From Sulfurospirillaceae bacterium (GTDB taxonomy: Bacteria > Campylobacterota > Campylobacteria > Campylobacterales > Sulfurospirillaceae), in contig JAWVXD010000002.1 in assembly GCA_033723415.1 (NCBI GenBank), positions 224,001 to 288,000 of the forward strand: a stretch of 64,000 nucleotides of DNA. Direction: 5' to 3'. A program made the position numbers and the translations under genes. Under the pieces are notes generated by a model that searched no databases, was not told the origin of the DNA, and worked only from the letters and a program-made list of their open reading frames with translations. Below are positions 30,906-40,552 of this stretch, piece by piece. Position 1 is the first letter of the stretch. Each line of letters starts with the position of its first letter.

Positions 30906-32309
30906 ATGGCTTGCGATATAAACTCTAAGTCACCAATATATAAGAACAAAAGATATATTACATTTGCAATTATTACTGTAATATCACTTGTTTTACCATT
31001 TATAAGGATTAATGGGAACCATCTATTTTTATTGAATTTTGATCAAAAAAAATTAAATCTATTTTTTACTTCTTTTGATATGCAAGAACTTTATTTAATG
31101 CCGTTTTTACTGATCATGTTATTTCTTAGCATATTTTTCATGACTACTTTAGGCGGTAGAGTTTGGTGTGGTTGGTCATGTCCTCAAACTATATTTAGAA
31201 CAATATATAGAGATCTTATAGAAACAAAATTACTTAAATTAAGAAGAAGCACAGACAATAAGCAAAAAAATCCAAAAAGTGGTCAATATTTTAAAAAACT
31301 GATAGCAATTTTGTTGTGGTCAGTATTGGCTTTGATCGCAGCTTCAGATTTTATATGGTATTTCGTACCTCCGGAGACATTTTTTCAATACATTCAAGAT
31401 CCTATGAATCACACTGTCTTATATGGTTTTCTTATAGGAGTTACACTTTTCATAGTTTATGATGTAATTGCACTTAAAGAAAATTTCTGTATATATATAT
31501 GCCCATATGCGAGGGTTCAATCAGTTATGTTTGATGAAGATACTATTCAGCCTATATATAGTGAAAAAAGAGGAGGTAAGGTTTATGACGCTCATGGCGT
31601 CAAGCTTTGGAGTAAACCTCCAGGAGAAACGGATGAGTGTACAGGTTGCGAAGCTTGTGTAAGAGTATGTCCTACTCATATAGATATCAGAAAAGGTATG
31701 CAATTAGAGTGTATAAATTGTCTAGAGTGCGCTGACGCATGTGTACCAATCATGGAAAAATTCGGCAAGCCTTCACTCATATCATGGGTTAGTGCAAATG
31801 CTGAAGAAAAAGGTATCAAAACCAAATATATAAGATTTAGAACCGTAGCTTACGGGATAGCACTGACTATTGCTTTTATTGGGCTTATGCTAATGGGAAG
31901 CACAAAAGAGCATATGCTACTGAACATCAATAGAACTAGTGAACTATACAAGATAGAAGATCATGGGAAAACAGTAGAAAATGTTTATACTTTTTTATTC
32001 CAGAATACAGACTCTAAAGATCACAAATATTATTTTGAAGTTGAAAACAAAGATATAAGTGTTTTAAGGCCATCAGATCCTTTCTTATTGAAGGCCGGTA
32101 AAAAGATCAAAAAAGTTGTAATCCTCGTGACCAATAAAGAATTAGTCGATACTGATGCAAAAGATACTCCTGTTCCTATTAGGATAAAAGCTTATGCAAT
32201 TGATGATAAAAAGAAAATTGTAGTTTTTAGAGACACTGTATTCTTTTACCCAAGAGTAAGTGAACTAGAAGAACATGAAAAAGGTCATCATAATAAAGAA
32301 GAACATTAA
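30906..32309 (+). CDS. ccoG: Cytochrome c oxidase (cbb3) accessory protein CcoG
   Basis: GRVWCGWSCPQT, FCIYICPYARVQ, two 4Fe-4S motifs, FixG C-terminal Ig domain. Confidence 0.96.
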   Translation: MACDINSKSPIYKNKRYITFAIITVISLVLPFIRINGNHLFLLNFDQKKLNLFFTSFDMQELYLMPFLLIMLFLSIFFMTTLGGRVWCGWSCPQTIFRTIYRDLIETKLLKLRRSTDNKQKNPKSGQYFKKLIAILLWSVLALIAASDFIWYFVPPETFFQYIQDPMNHTVLYGFLIGVTLFIVYDVIALKENFCIYICPYARVQSVMFDEDTIQPIYSEKRGGKVYDAHGVKLWSKPPGETDECTGCEACVRVCPTHIDIRKGMQLECINCLECADACVPIMEKFGKPSLISWVSANAEEKGIKTKYIRFRTVAYGIALTIAFIGLMLMGSTKEHMLLNINRTSELYKIEDHGKTVENVYTFLFQNTDSKDHKYYFEVENKDISVLRPSDPFLLKAGKKIKKVVILVTNKELVDTDAKDTPVPIRIKAYAIDDKKKIVVFRDTVFFYPRVSELEEHEKGHHNKEEH

Positions 32310-32316
32310 TTGATAT

Positions 32317-32350
32317 AAAGTGGAAGTGCTATTTATTGCATTTCCACTTT
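32317..32350. terminator. Bidirectional terminator between ccoG and the MCP gene
   Basis: AAAGTGGAAGTGC...GCATTTCCACTTT between convergent genes. Confidence 0.8.
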
Positions 32351-32361
32351 CGAAAATGCTA

Positions 32362-33459
32362 TTATTTTTGTTTTTCTAAAAGCATCTTATCAAGTATAAG
32401 AAATACATTATCGCTTGCTTTCTCCATCTCTTCAAAAGCTTTCATAAAATTTTCTAAACCTTCAGATTCACTGTGTATCAAATCAAAGATTTTGTGAGTC
32501 GTATTATGGACAATAGAATGAGGATTTTCAAGTGCCGAATAACTAGCAGTTTTCTTGAAAAAATCACTTCCTTCTCCATCATAATACCACTTTCCTAGAC
32601 GACAGTTGTGATGATCAATAAAAGTAAATTGTTCTTTCTTTGATATTGCAGATATGTAGGTATTTACTTTCCAGATTACATGATCAAGCTTCGCTAAGCT
32701 CATAAAAATTTTTTCCGCAGTATGTTCCGTATTGACAAAGACTTCTCTCATCATATGAGAACTATGTTCCATATTTGTATTAAAACTTCCGATAAATTTA
32801 TTTGATTCTTCCAGATTCACTTGTACTTGTTCAAATTTCTCTCCAATAGTTGTTACATCCTGGTTCATTGTTTGAAGAGAGATATTGATCTCACTAATTG
32901 CTTTATCTGTTCTATCAGCAAGTTTGCGTACTTCATCAGCAACAACGGCAAACCCCCTTCCGTGTTCTCCTGCACGTGCGGCTTCTATGGCTGCATTCAA
33001 AGCTAACAAGTTTGTCTGATCGGCAATATCCTTAATAAGGCTTAATATACCCTCCACATCTTGAGCCCGCGTAGAAAGAGAACTAATAGTCTCAATAGAT
33101 TCTATTGTTAAATTATTTAGTCCATCTAACGTTTGTGTGATCTTTGATGCTTTTTGTCCTAGGTTGACAATATCTTCGAGTAATGCTATAGATTGCTTTA
33201 TATTTTCTTTTGATGATGTTACTGATACCCCTATGTCACCTTGAATATCACTTAAATTTTTTTTGAGTTGGCTGTTTTGATACAACATCATCGTTGTAGC
33301 ACTAATATTTTGATTTTGTGTATTATTTTTTGATAGTTCTATCTCTTTTTCTTGAAGATTTTTATTTAATAGCTGATTCTTTTCTTTAAGATCCTCATTT
33401 TCTTTTTTTATCTTAGCTAACTCATTTCTCAAATCCAAGTCCGCACTAAACCAGCCCAT
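32362..33459 (-). CDS. Cytoplasmic chemoreceptor with CZB zinc-binding domain (TlpD-like)
   Basis: [59 protein letters not shown]; no TM. Confidence 0.93.
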   Translation of the reverse strand: MGWFSADLDLRNELAKIKKENEDLKEKNQLLNKNLQEKEIELSKNNTQNQNISATTMMLYQNSQLKKNLSDIQGDIGVSVTSSKENIKQSIALLEDIVNLGQKASKITQTLDGLNNLTIESIETISSLSTRAQDVEGILSLIKDIADQTNLLALNAAIEAARAGEHGRGFAVVADEVRKLADRTDKAISEINISLQTMNQDVTTIGEKFEQVQVNLEESNKFIGSFNTNMEHSSHMMREVFVNTEHTAEKIFMSLAKLDHVIWKVNTYISAISKKEQFTFIDHHNCRLGKWYYDGEGSDFFKKTASYSALENPHSIVHNTTHKIFDLIHSESEGLENFMKAFEEMEKASDNVFLILDKMLLEKQK

Positions 33460-33468
33460 ATTTTCTCC

Positions 33469-35298
33469 TTATCCTTTATCTTCTAATCTCGCCCTTGCTT
33501 CCAAAAACATCTCAATATTTTCCAAAAATAGATCAAGTAGAATCGGATCAAATTGCTTTCCTTTTTCTTTTTTAAACAATGCAAATATTTTTTCATCATC
33601 CCATGCTTTTTTATACACACGATCATGACTTAGTGCATCAAACACATCTGCAATAGCTGTAATACGACCAAATATAGGGATATCTTCCCCTGATAATCCT
33701 TTTGGATAACCTTTTCCATCCCATCTCTCATGGTGCGTATATGCAACTGTAGCTGAAGCTTTCAATATATCTCTTTTTGAGTGCTTAAGCATTTCATACC
33801 CTAGTTCAGTGTGTGTTTTAACTATCTCAAACTCTTCATCACTTAGCATTCCAGGTTTATTTAGGATACTATCTTCAATACCGACTTTACCTATATCATG
33901 CATAGGAGATGCCAAACGTAGCAGCTCTGCTTCATCATCACTCATACCAAAAAGCTTGGCAAGAATATATGAGAATTCTGCAACTCTTACAACATGTAAC
34001 CCTGCTTCTTTAGATCTCATTTCCCCAATAGATCCCATAGTATTAATAATCTCTTTTTGAGTATCTATTATTTCTTGGTTAAGCTTGACGACTTGTGTTA
34101 TGTCATGCATGACCTCTAGAAATTGAGTTTGTTTTCCATCCACGTCTGTTATAGGGCAAAAAAGAGTTTCTGCTATAAAAGAATCACCATTTTTTGAAAT
34201 ATTTTCAAGTACTCGATTTACTCTTTTGCCTTTTTTAAGTTCTTTTGCAATATTTTCACAATCTCCTCTGGCTCTGTGGTGTGTCGCTCTGAATTCTGTG
34301 CATTTCCTCCCGACCAACTCTTCAAGATCATAGCCGCTAAGAGAACAAAACTTTTCATTTGCATGTATAATATTATTTTCTGTATCAGTTTTTAAAATAG
34401 CCATCATAGAATTTATACTATTTTCATACTGTTTGGCATAATGAAAATTTTCTTTGAAATTTTTATCTGTAATATAAAATTTTTGTTGGAGAAGTTGCTT
34501 ATATTCTTCTAATTCTGTTATATCTGTTCTTATTCCAATAAATTCAATAATATTGCCGTAATTGTCAATAATAGGATTAATTACCGTTTTAACCCAATAA
34601 TGTGAACCATCTTTTTTTCGGTTTTTAACAATACCTTCCCAAATATTTCCTTTTTTTATAGTTGTCCAAAGTTCTTTAAAAACCTCTCTTCTCATATCCG
34701 GATGTCTTATTATATTATGAGATTTACCTATTAATTCATCTCTTCTGTATCCGGAAATATCACAAAACTTGTCATTGGCAAATGTAATGATCCCGTTTTT
34801 ATCAGTTTTGGAAACGATTGAGCTTTGATCTACAGTATCTTTATATTCTTGAAGTATTTTTCTCTCATAATTGATTTGTTTTACTTTATTTCTCACATCA
34901 ATCAAAGAATCAACTTTTAATAATAATTGTTCTTCAATAAATGGCTTTAAAAAAAATTCGTTTGCACCTATTTTTATTAATCTGCTTAAAGAATTAGCAT
35001 CATCTAAACTAGACATAACGAGGATATGGACATCTGAAGTGTTTGGATTTTTTTTTAACTCTTCTAGTATATCATCTGCTTTCATATCGGAGAGTTCCAT
35101 ATCTAGTATGATCAAATCATACGTGTTCTGGGATATTGCTTCATCGATCATCTTTTTATCTAGAGCTATTAGTATTTGATAATTGCGAGATTTTAATATA
35201 GAATTGATTCTCTCGCTTTCAGATATAGAATCATTGATGATTAGAATAGATCCAGGCTGAGAATTGGCTGAGATTTTCTTCCTTATACTTGTAGTCAT
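33469..35298 (-). CDS. REC-PAS-PAS-HD-GYP phosphodiesterase
   Basis: Receiver DLIILD, two PAS/PAC domains, MHDIGK, HHERWDGKGYP. Confidence 0.93.
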   Translation of the reverse strand: MTTSIRKKISANSQPGSILIINDSISESERINSILKSRNYQILIALDKKMIDEAISQNTYDLIILDMELSDMKADDILEELKKNPNTSDVHILVMSSLDDANSLSRLIKIGANEFFLKPFIEEQLLLKVDSLIDVRNKVKQINYERKILQEYKDTVDQSSIVSKTDKNGIITFANDKFCDISGYRRDELIGKSHNIIRHPDMRREVFKELWTTIKKGNIWEGIVKNRKKDGSHYWVKTVINPIIDNYGNIIEFIGIRTDITELEEYKQLLQQKFYITDKNFKENFHYAKQYENSINSMMAILKTDTENNIIHANEKFCSLSGYDLEELVGRKCTEFRATHHRARGDCENIAKELKKGKRVNRVLENISKNGDSFIAETLFCPITDVDGKQTQFLEVMHDITQVVKLNQEIIDTQKEIINTMGSIGEMRSKEAGLHVVRVAEFSYILAKLFGMSDDEAELLRLASPMHDIGKVGIEDSILNKPGMLSDEEFEIVKTHTELGYEMLKHSKRDILKASATVAYTHHERWDGKGYPKGLSGEDIPIFGRITAIADVFDALSHDRVYKKAWDDEKIFALFKKEKGKQFDPILLDLFLENIEMFLEARARLEDKG

Positions 35299-35556
35299 TT
35301 GCTCCGTCCGGTATAATATTTGCTGCGGTTCATTTTATCATTACATATCTTTATTATATCTTGATAATAATGTACATATGCTCAAGTAATAAAAAAAAAT
35401 ACTTTATATGTGAAGTATAGTAATACTTGATAGTAGATATTACTAATTTTGATTTATATTTATTGGGTGATTAATAATAGCTTTTAAATATTAATAATAT
35501 TTTAACGCGAAAAGGATGGAAGATCTAATTTTTATAGGTTTGTTATCTAAGTATTT

Positions 35557-35586
35557 ATGCTAGATGATTCAAAAACCACCTAGCAT
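35557..35586 (-). terminator. Hairpin after rplT
   Basis: Minus strand ATGCTAGGTGGTT-TTT-GAATCATCTAGCAT, with G-U pairs on the minus strand. Confidence 0.7.
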
Positions 35587-35593
35587 TTTAAAG

Positions 35594-35947
35594 TTAAATT
35601 GCGGCTTTAGCTTGTTTTACAACGTTTGCGAAACCTTCTGGATCGCTAATAGCCATATTTGCTAAAATTTTTCTATCTAATTGTATATTTGCTTTATTTA
35701 ATGCATTAATAAAACGAGAGTAACTAATATCATTTAATCTACAAGCAGCATTGATTCTTGTTATCCAAAGTCTTCTGAAATCTCTTTTCTTGTTTTTTCT
35801 GTCTCTATATGCATAGACAAGACTTCTCTCAAGCTGTTCTTTAGCTTTTCTAAAATGTTTTCTTCTACCGCTGTAGAAACCTTTTGCTAATTTAAGTATC
35901 TTCTTGTGTCGTCTTCTTCTTACAACACCAGTTTTAACTCTTGCCAT
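35594..35947 (-). CDS. rplT: 50S ribosomal protein L20
   Basis: [23 protein letters not shown]. Confidence 0.99.
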   Translation of the reverse strand: MARVKTGVVRRRRHKKILKLAKGFYSGRRKHFRKAKEQLERSLVYAYRDRKNKKRDFRRLWITRINAACRLNDISYSRFINALNKANIQLDRKILANMAISDPEGFANVVKQAKAAI

Positions 35948-36069
35948 TTTGTCTCCTTGACCTTATCGTTTGTTGGTGTCCCTTTTAGGGAACTTGCCCT
36001 CATATTCTGAGGGGAACATTGCAACTATTATATTAACTTTTGAGATACCTCATATAGTTAAAAACTCTT

Positions 36070-36264
36070 TTACTTCTTCCCTAACATCAGTTTTACTGAT
36101 GCTACGTCACGGCTGTCTACAGTTTTTGCCTCTTTAAGACCACGCATTCTCTTTGTTGCTTTTTTAGTCAAGATATGACTTCTAAAAGCTGCGCCTCTTT
36201 TGATCTTATTTTTGCTTGCTTTGAAGCGTTTTGCTGCACCGCGTACCGTTTTCATTTTCGGCAT
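36070..36264 (-). CDS. rpmI: 50S ribosomal protein L35
   Basis: MPKMKT.RGAAKRF, HILTKK. Confidence 0.99.
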   Translation of the reverse strand: MPKMKTVRGAAKRFKASKNKIKRGAAFRSHILTKKATKRMRGLKEAKTVDSRDVASVKLMLGKK

Positions 36265-36365
36265 GCATTCTCCTTAAAAATTTCAGACATGTAATATGCC
36301 TGTATTGTGAGTCGGACATTTTACCTTAAAGTCTCTTAAGAAATTGTAAAAGCGAAATATAAATT

Positions 36366-36881
36366 TTATTTTTTGGGCAAAACCATCATATTTATATAGC
36401 GACCTTCTAGAATCGGAGGTTTTTCTCTAACGCCAATATCTTCAACCATTGGCCAGATTTTTTCTAAAACTTCCTTCCCAGAATCAGGATTTGAAATCTC
36501 ACGACCACGCAAAAAGACTCTAAACTTGACATGTTTCCCTTCTTCTAGGAATTCTCTTGCATGTTTTATCTTGTAATTTATGTCATTTTGTGCAATTTTG
36601 ATAGAAAGCTTAATTTCTTTGACCTCTATGGTCTTTTGTTTTTTCTTAGCTTCTTTTTTCTTTTTTTCTTCCTGATATCTAAATTTGCCATAGTCCATGA
36701 TCTTGCAAACCGGCGGATTCGCATCCGGAGCAATTAGAACTAAATCTAAACCTAGCTCTTCAGACTTACGCAATGCGTCACTTCTAGAGATGATTCCGTA
36801 CTGTGTACCGTCATCCCCAATGCATCTCACTTCGTTTGCTCGAATTTCTTGGTTAAGCATTATGTCTTTGTCTTTACTCAA
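36366..36881 (-). CDS. infC: Translation initiation factor IF-3
   Basis: [19 protein letters not shown] start overlapping the thrS stop. Confidence 0.98.
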   Translation of the reverse strand: MSKDKDIMLNQEIRANEVRCIGDDGTQYGIISRSDALRKSEELGLDLVLIAPDANPPVCKIMDYGKFRYQEEKKKKEAKKKQKTIEVKEIKLSIKIAQNDINYKIKHAREFLEEGKHVKFRVFLRGREISNPDSGKEVLEKIWPMVEDIGVREKPPILEGRYINMMVLPKK

Positions 36882-38695
36882 AAGTGTACCTCACTAAGTT
36901 TCTCCTTCATTGTTGATATTAATTCGTCTACTGTTAGATTATACTGTTTTCTATCTCTTCTATCTCTTAAAGCCACGCTATTATTTGCAATTTCTTCATC
37001 ACCTATTACCAAAATCATCGGTACACGCATCTTTTCGGCATTTCTTATTCTTTTATTCAAACTCTCATTTTTCGAAGAAATTTCTGTATCTATATCTAAA
37101 CTCAATAGTTTTTTAGAGAGTTCTTTCGCATATTCTATATGGCTTTCTGAAATCGGAACGATCACTGCTTGCGTAGGAGCTATAAAGAAAGGTAATTCTC
37201 CGGAAGTGTGTTCTATCAATATCCCGATAAATCGCTCGAATGATCCCAAGATCGCACGATGTAACATGACCGGTTGTTTGTGTTCATTATTTGCATCAAT
37301 ATAAGAAAGGTTAAATCTCTTAGGCAAATTATAATCGACTTGTATCGTAGAACATTGCCACTTTCGCTTGAGTGCATCTAGTATCTTCACATCGATTTTC
37401 GGACCGTAAAATGCTCCGCCGCCTTCATCGATGCCATATGTAATATTATTTTCATCAAGGGCATCTTTTAACCCTTGTGTTGCCGCTTCCCAAAAAGCAT
37501 CATCACCTATGGCTTTTTCCGGCTTGGTTGAGATTTCTATCTCATATTCAAAGCCAAAACTTTTCATGATATCATCAACAAAGCCTAACATTTCTATAAC
37601 ATTGTCTTTAATCTGATCTGGCGTACAAAAAACATGTGCATCATCTTGTGTAAATTCTCTTACTCTAAAAAGGCCATGCATTACACCGCTCATCTCATGA
37701 CGATGAACTACACCGTATTCAAAAAACTTCAACGGAAGATCTCTATAACTTCTTACATCATTTTGAAATACTTTTATATGTCCTACACAATTCATAGGCT
37801 TCATTCCGTATTCTGAACCATCGATCTCTGTAAAATACATATTTTCGCCATAATTGTCATAATGTCCACTTGTTTTCCAAGCGTCTGCTTTTAAGATCTC
37901 CGGTCCTCGAACTGGTTGATATCCTCTTAGACGATGAGCTTTAAAAAGTCTTTGCTCAATTTTACTTCTCATACGACTACCGTTTGGCAACCAGATAGGA
38001 AGCCCTGCACCGACCTCTTCATCAAAAGTAAAAAGTTTTAATTCCGTGCCCAATTTCCTATGGTCACGTTTTTTTGCCTCTTCTATCATTGTGATATAAT
38101 CTTTGAGACTCTCTTTATCTGCAAATGCAGTCCCATATATACGAGTCAACATCTCTCTGTTTTCATCACCGCCTAGATATGCACCGGCAACGCGAGTCAA
38201 CTTAAAAAATCTCAAATATCTTGTATCGGGTAGATGCGGTCCACGACATAAATCTTCAAATTCACCCTGCTTATATATAGAAACTTCACCATCCGGTATG
38301 CGAAGCAGTACTTCTTGTTTTAGATCATCGCTTAAAAATCTTTTTGCAACTTCAGATTTAGTGCTGTTGATCTTTTCAATTTTAGTATTTTTCTTTGCAA
38401 GTTCTTGCATCTTCTTTTCGATAGCTTTCAGATCACTATCACTGATTTTTTCATTTACGCGAAAATCATAATAAAATCCGTCTTCAATCACTGGACCCAC
38501 AAAAAATTGTGCATCTTTGTATATTTCTTTTATAGCTTGAGCCATCAAGTGCGCGCAAGAGTGACGAATAACTTCTAATGCTTCATCAGAATTACCGAAC
38601 AATATCTCATTTTCATATGTTTTTGTTTGTGCAGAAGCACTTTGAGTATCAATTATGAGGTTGCCTTCTTTATAGGCGATAACATCATTATTCAT
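36878..38695 (-). CDS. thrS: Threonine--tRNA ligase
   Basis: [37 protein letters not shown]. Start ATG 38695 after RBS AAGGA. Confidence 0.98.
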   Translation of the reverse strand: MNNDVIAYKEGNLIIDTQSASAQTKTYENEILFGNSDEALEVIRHSCAHLMAQAIKEIYKDAQFFVGPVIEDGFYYDFRVNEKISDSDLKAIEKKMQELAKKNTKIEKINSTKSEVAKRFLSDDLKQEVLLRIPDGEVSIYKQGEFEDLCRGPHLPDTRYLRFFKLTRVAGAYLGGDENREMLTRIYGTAFADKESLKDYITMIEEAKKRDHRKLGTELKLFTFDEEVGAGLPIWLPNGSRMRSKIEQRLFKAHRLRGYQPVRGPEILKADAWKTSGHYDNYGENMYFTEIDGSEYGMKPMNCVGHIKVFQNDVRSYRDLPLKFFEYGVVHRHEMSGVMHGLFRVREFTQDDAHVFCTPDQIKDNVIEMLGFVDDIMKSFGFEYEIEISTKPEKAIGDDAFWEAATQGLKDALDENNITYGIDEGGGAFYGPKIDVKILDALKRKWQCSTIQVDYNLPKRFNLSYIDANNEHKQPVMLHRAILGSFERFIGILIEHTSGELPFFIAPTQAVIVPISESHIEYAKELSKKLLSLDIDTEISSKNESLNKRIRNAEKMRVPMILVIGDEEIANNSVALRDRRDRKQYNLTVDELISTMKEKLSEVHF

Positions 38696-39040
38696 AATTA
38701 TCCTTTTACTGTATAAACTCTGAATAGTAGAGACCCTGCGTAGTAATCGAAAAGATTTGACCAATCAAAACACTACCGCAAACGAGCATACAAAATGCTC
38801 TTAATAATCTCTAATTTATAGAGTTCTAAAATATGGATGATTTAGTATTGTTTGTTATACCTAAATAAACAAACAATATGAACTATCTATATTCTTATTA
38901 AAAAGCTGGAGTATACCATAAATATATTTATACTATAGTAAATTTTACCTGCCAAATGCCATATATCCCAGCTTGACAGTTTTTAATTGGCTAAATTATT
39001 AAAAACTTTTTGTGCAAATGTTCAGTTTCATTTTCTCATA

Positions 39041-39967
39041 TTAATCTATATTAAGTTTTTTGGGAAATTTCATAGAATTTACAGTAAGATTCATAAATTT
39101 TTGAAATGAAATTGCCGCCTGTGATTTTTCTCTATCCGTTGCCCAGACAATCCCTACATCCCAACTAGGAATTTCTTCAACCACATTGACAGTCTCGACT
39201 CTCCTGCCTTCCAATGACCAAGGTCTATAAACCATATCGGCCAATATAGCGATGCCGCTTCCATTTGCTACCATACTTCTAACAGCTTCTATAGAATTCG
39301 TCCTATAGATGACATTTGGACGATAAGGTGTGTTATTCCAATATCGTTGAGTAACTTTACTTGCCTCATCAACCGTGATCATAATGTATGGTTCTTCTGA
39401 TATTTCCTGCAGTGTAACGGAAGATTTTTTTAAAAGCTTGTGTCCGGCACTTAACCATAGTCTACGCTTGGAACTGATAATTGTTTCATATTCCAGTTCA
39501 TCAATATTTTCTATATTGGCGACATCAAACAATCCAATATCATAGGTGCCGTTTATTAGACCTTCTTCAATATCCGCTCTATCCGCTTCTATAATCCGAA
39601 TTTTGACATTTGGGAAACTTCTTACAAATTTAGCATAATAACCTGCTATAAAATAACCTGAAATAGTAAATGACATAGCTACCGTAAGCTCCCCTTTTAT
39701 CAAAAGATTTTTTTGATTGGTGATATCCATCATCTCTTCTATTGAAGAAATAATACGCTTAGAATGCTCTAGAAACAAGTTACCGTCATACGTCAATTCA
39801 ATACCTTTTTGGTATCTAGTCATCAGTTGAGTATTCAACATATCTTCCAATCCTTTTATAGCCATAGTGATAGTTGATTGGGATATTTTTAATTTTGCAG
39901 CTGCTTTTGAAATTTGTCTTGTCTCAGCAACAGCGATAAAGTACTCCATATGCTTAATTGATATCAT
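39041..39967 (-). CDS. LysR-family transcriptional regulator
   Basis: N-terminal HTH (ISKAAAKLKISQSTIT), LysR substrate-binding domain; divergent from the ABC operon. Confidence 0.95.
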   Translation of the reverse strand: MISIKHMEYFIAVAETRQISKAAAKLKISQSTITMAIKGLEDMLNTQLMTRYQKGIELTYDGNLFLEHSKRIISSIEEMMDITNQKNLLIKGELTVAMSFTISGYFIAGYYAKFVRSFPNVKIRIIEADRADIEEGLINGTYDIGLFDVANIENIDELEYETIISSKRRLWLSAGHKLLKKSSVTLQEISEEPYIMITVDEASKVTQRYWNNTPYRPNVIYRTNSIEAVRSMVANGSGIAILADMVYRPWSLEGRRVETVNVVEEIPSWDVGIVWATDREKSQAAISFQKFMNLTVNSMKFPKKLNID

Positions 39968-39989
39968 TTTTACTCCTAATTATTACAAA

Positions 39990-40008
39990 ATATCAGAAAA
40001 ATTGATAT
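39990..40008. promoter_or_regulatory. LysR-type operator 1
   Basis: Palindrome ATATCA-N7-TGATAT containing T-N11-A. Confidence 0.65.
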
Positions 40009-40014
40009 TTTATC

Positions 40015-40043
40015 TTGACAATAAATTTATTTTTTTGTATACT
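40015..40043 (+). promoter_or_regulatory. Candidate sigma70 promoter
   Basis: TTGACA-17 nt-TATACT right after operator 1; AT-rich context lowers confidence. Confidence 0.5.
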
Positions 40044-40111
40044 CGTCTTTCAATATACTTGATTTATAGTCATATATGTCAATTTTCTTCTGAAAATTTA
40101 TATAATACTAT

Positions 40112-40132
40112 TATATCAAAAATATTGATATA
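40112..40132. promoter_or_regulatory. LysR-type operator 2
   Basis: TATATCA-N7-TGATATA, same palindrome as operator 1. Confidence 0.65.
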
Positions 40133-40552
40133 TATCTTTAATTTTTCAAGTTTTTTCATAAAATTCATGAAAAAATGTAAAATTGGTTACTTTATAAGCA
40201 ATTTTACATTATGTCTTTTTTATTTTAGTGATACAATCTCAAAAATAAGAGACGAATTGATTAACAGTACTGTTGTATACTTGATAAATATAGATAGCTC
40301 CATATTGATAAATCTTGAAAACTCCTAACAAAAAAGTTTAATTCTTATTTGTTTGGTTTTTGAGACAGCTGGTTATTAAGATCAGATGTTTCAAAAACCA
40401 AAAAAATAATCTGGTTGGCAAATTAGCATGACAATAGCTTTTTAAACATTGCTGTTGTAGGTGATTTAAGTCACTACTTAAATCTTATAAGAGTAAGTTT
40501 CCTATATGAACCGACTATGCTCTTAAAAATTTATTTTACAAGGAGAATAAAG

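Noticed and set aside
36879..36881. Non-AUU start of infC
   Set aside because: A TTG start coupled to the thrS stop is plausible and, as far as I recall, usual in this lineage.
39867..40328. 153-aa + strand ORF
   Set aside because: Overlaps the LysR start, I/F/Y/N-rich as expected of AT-rich spacer, and spans operator and promoter motifs.
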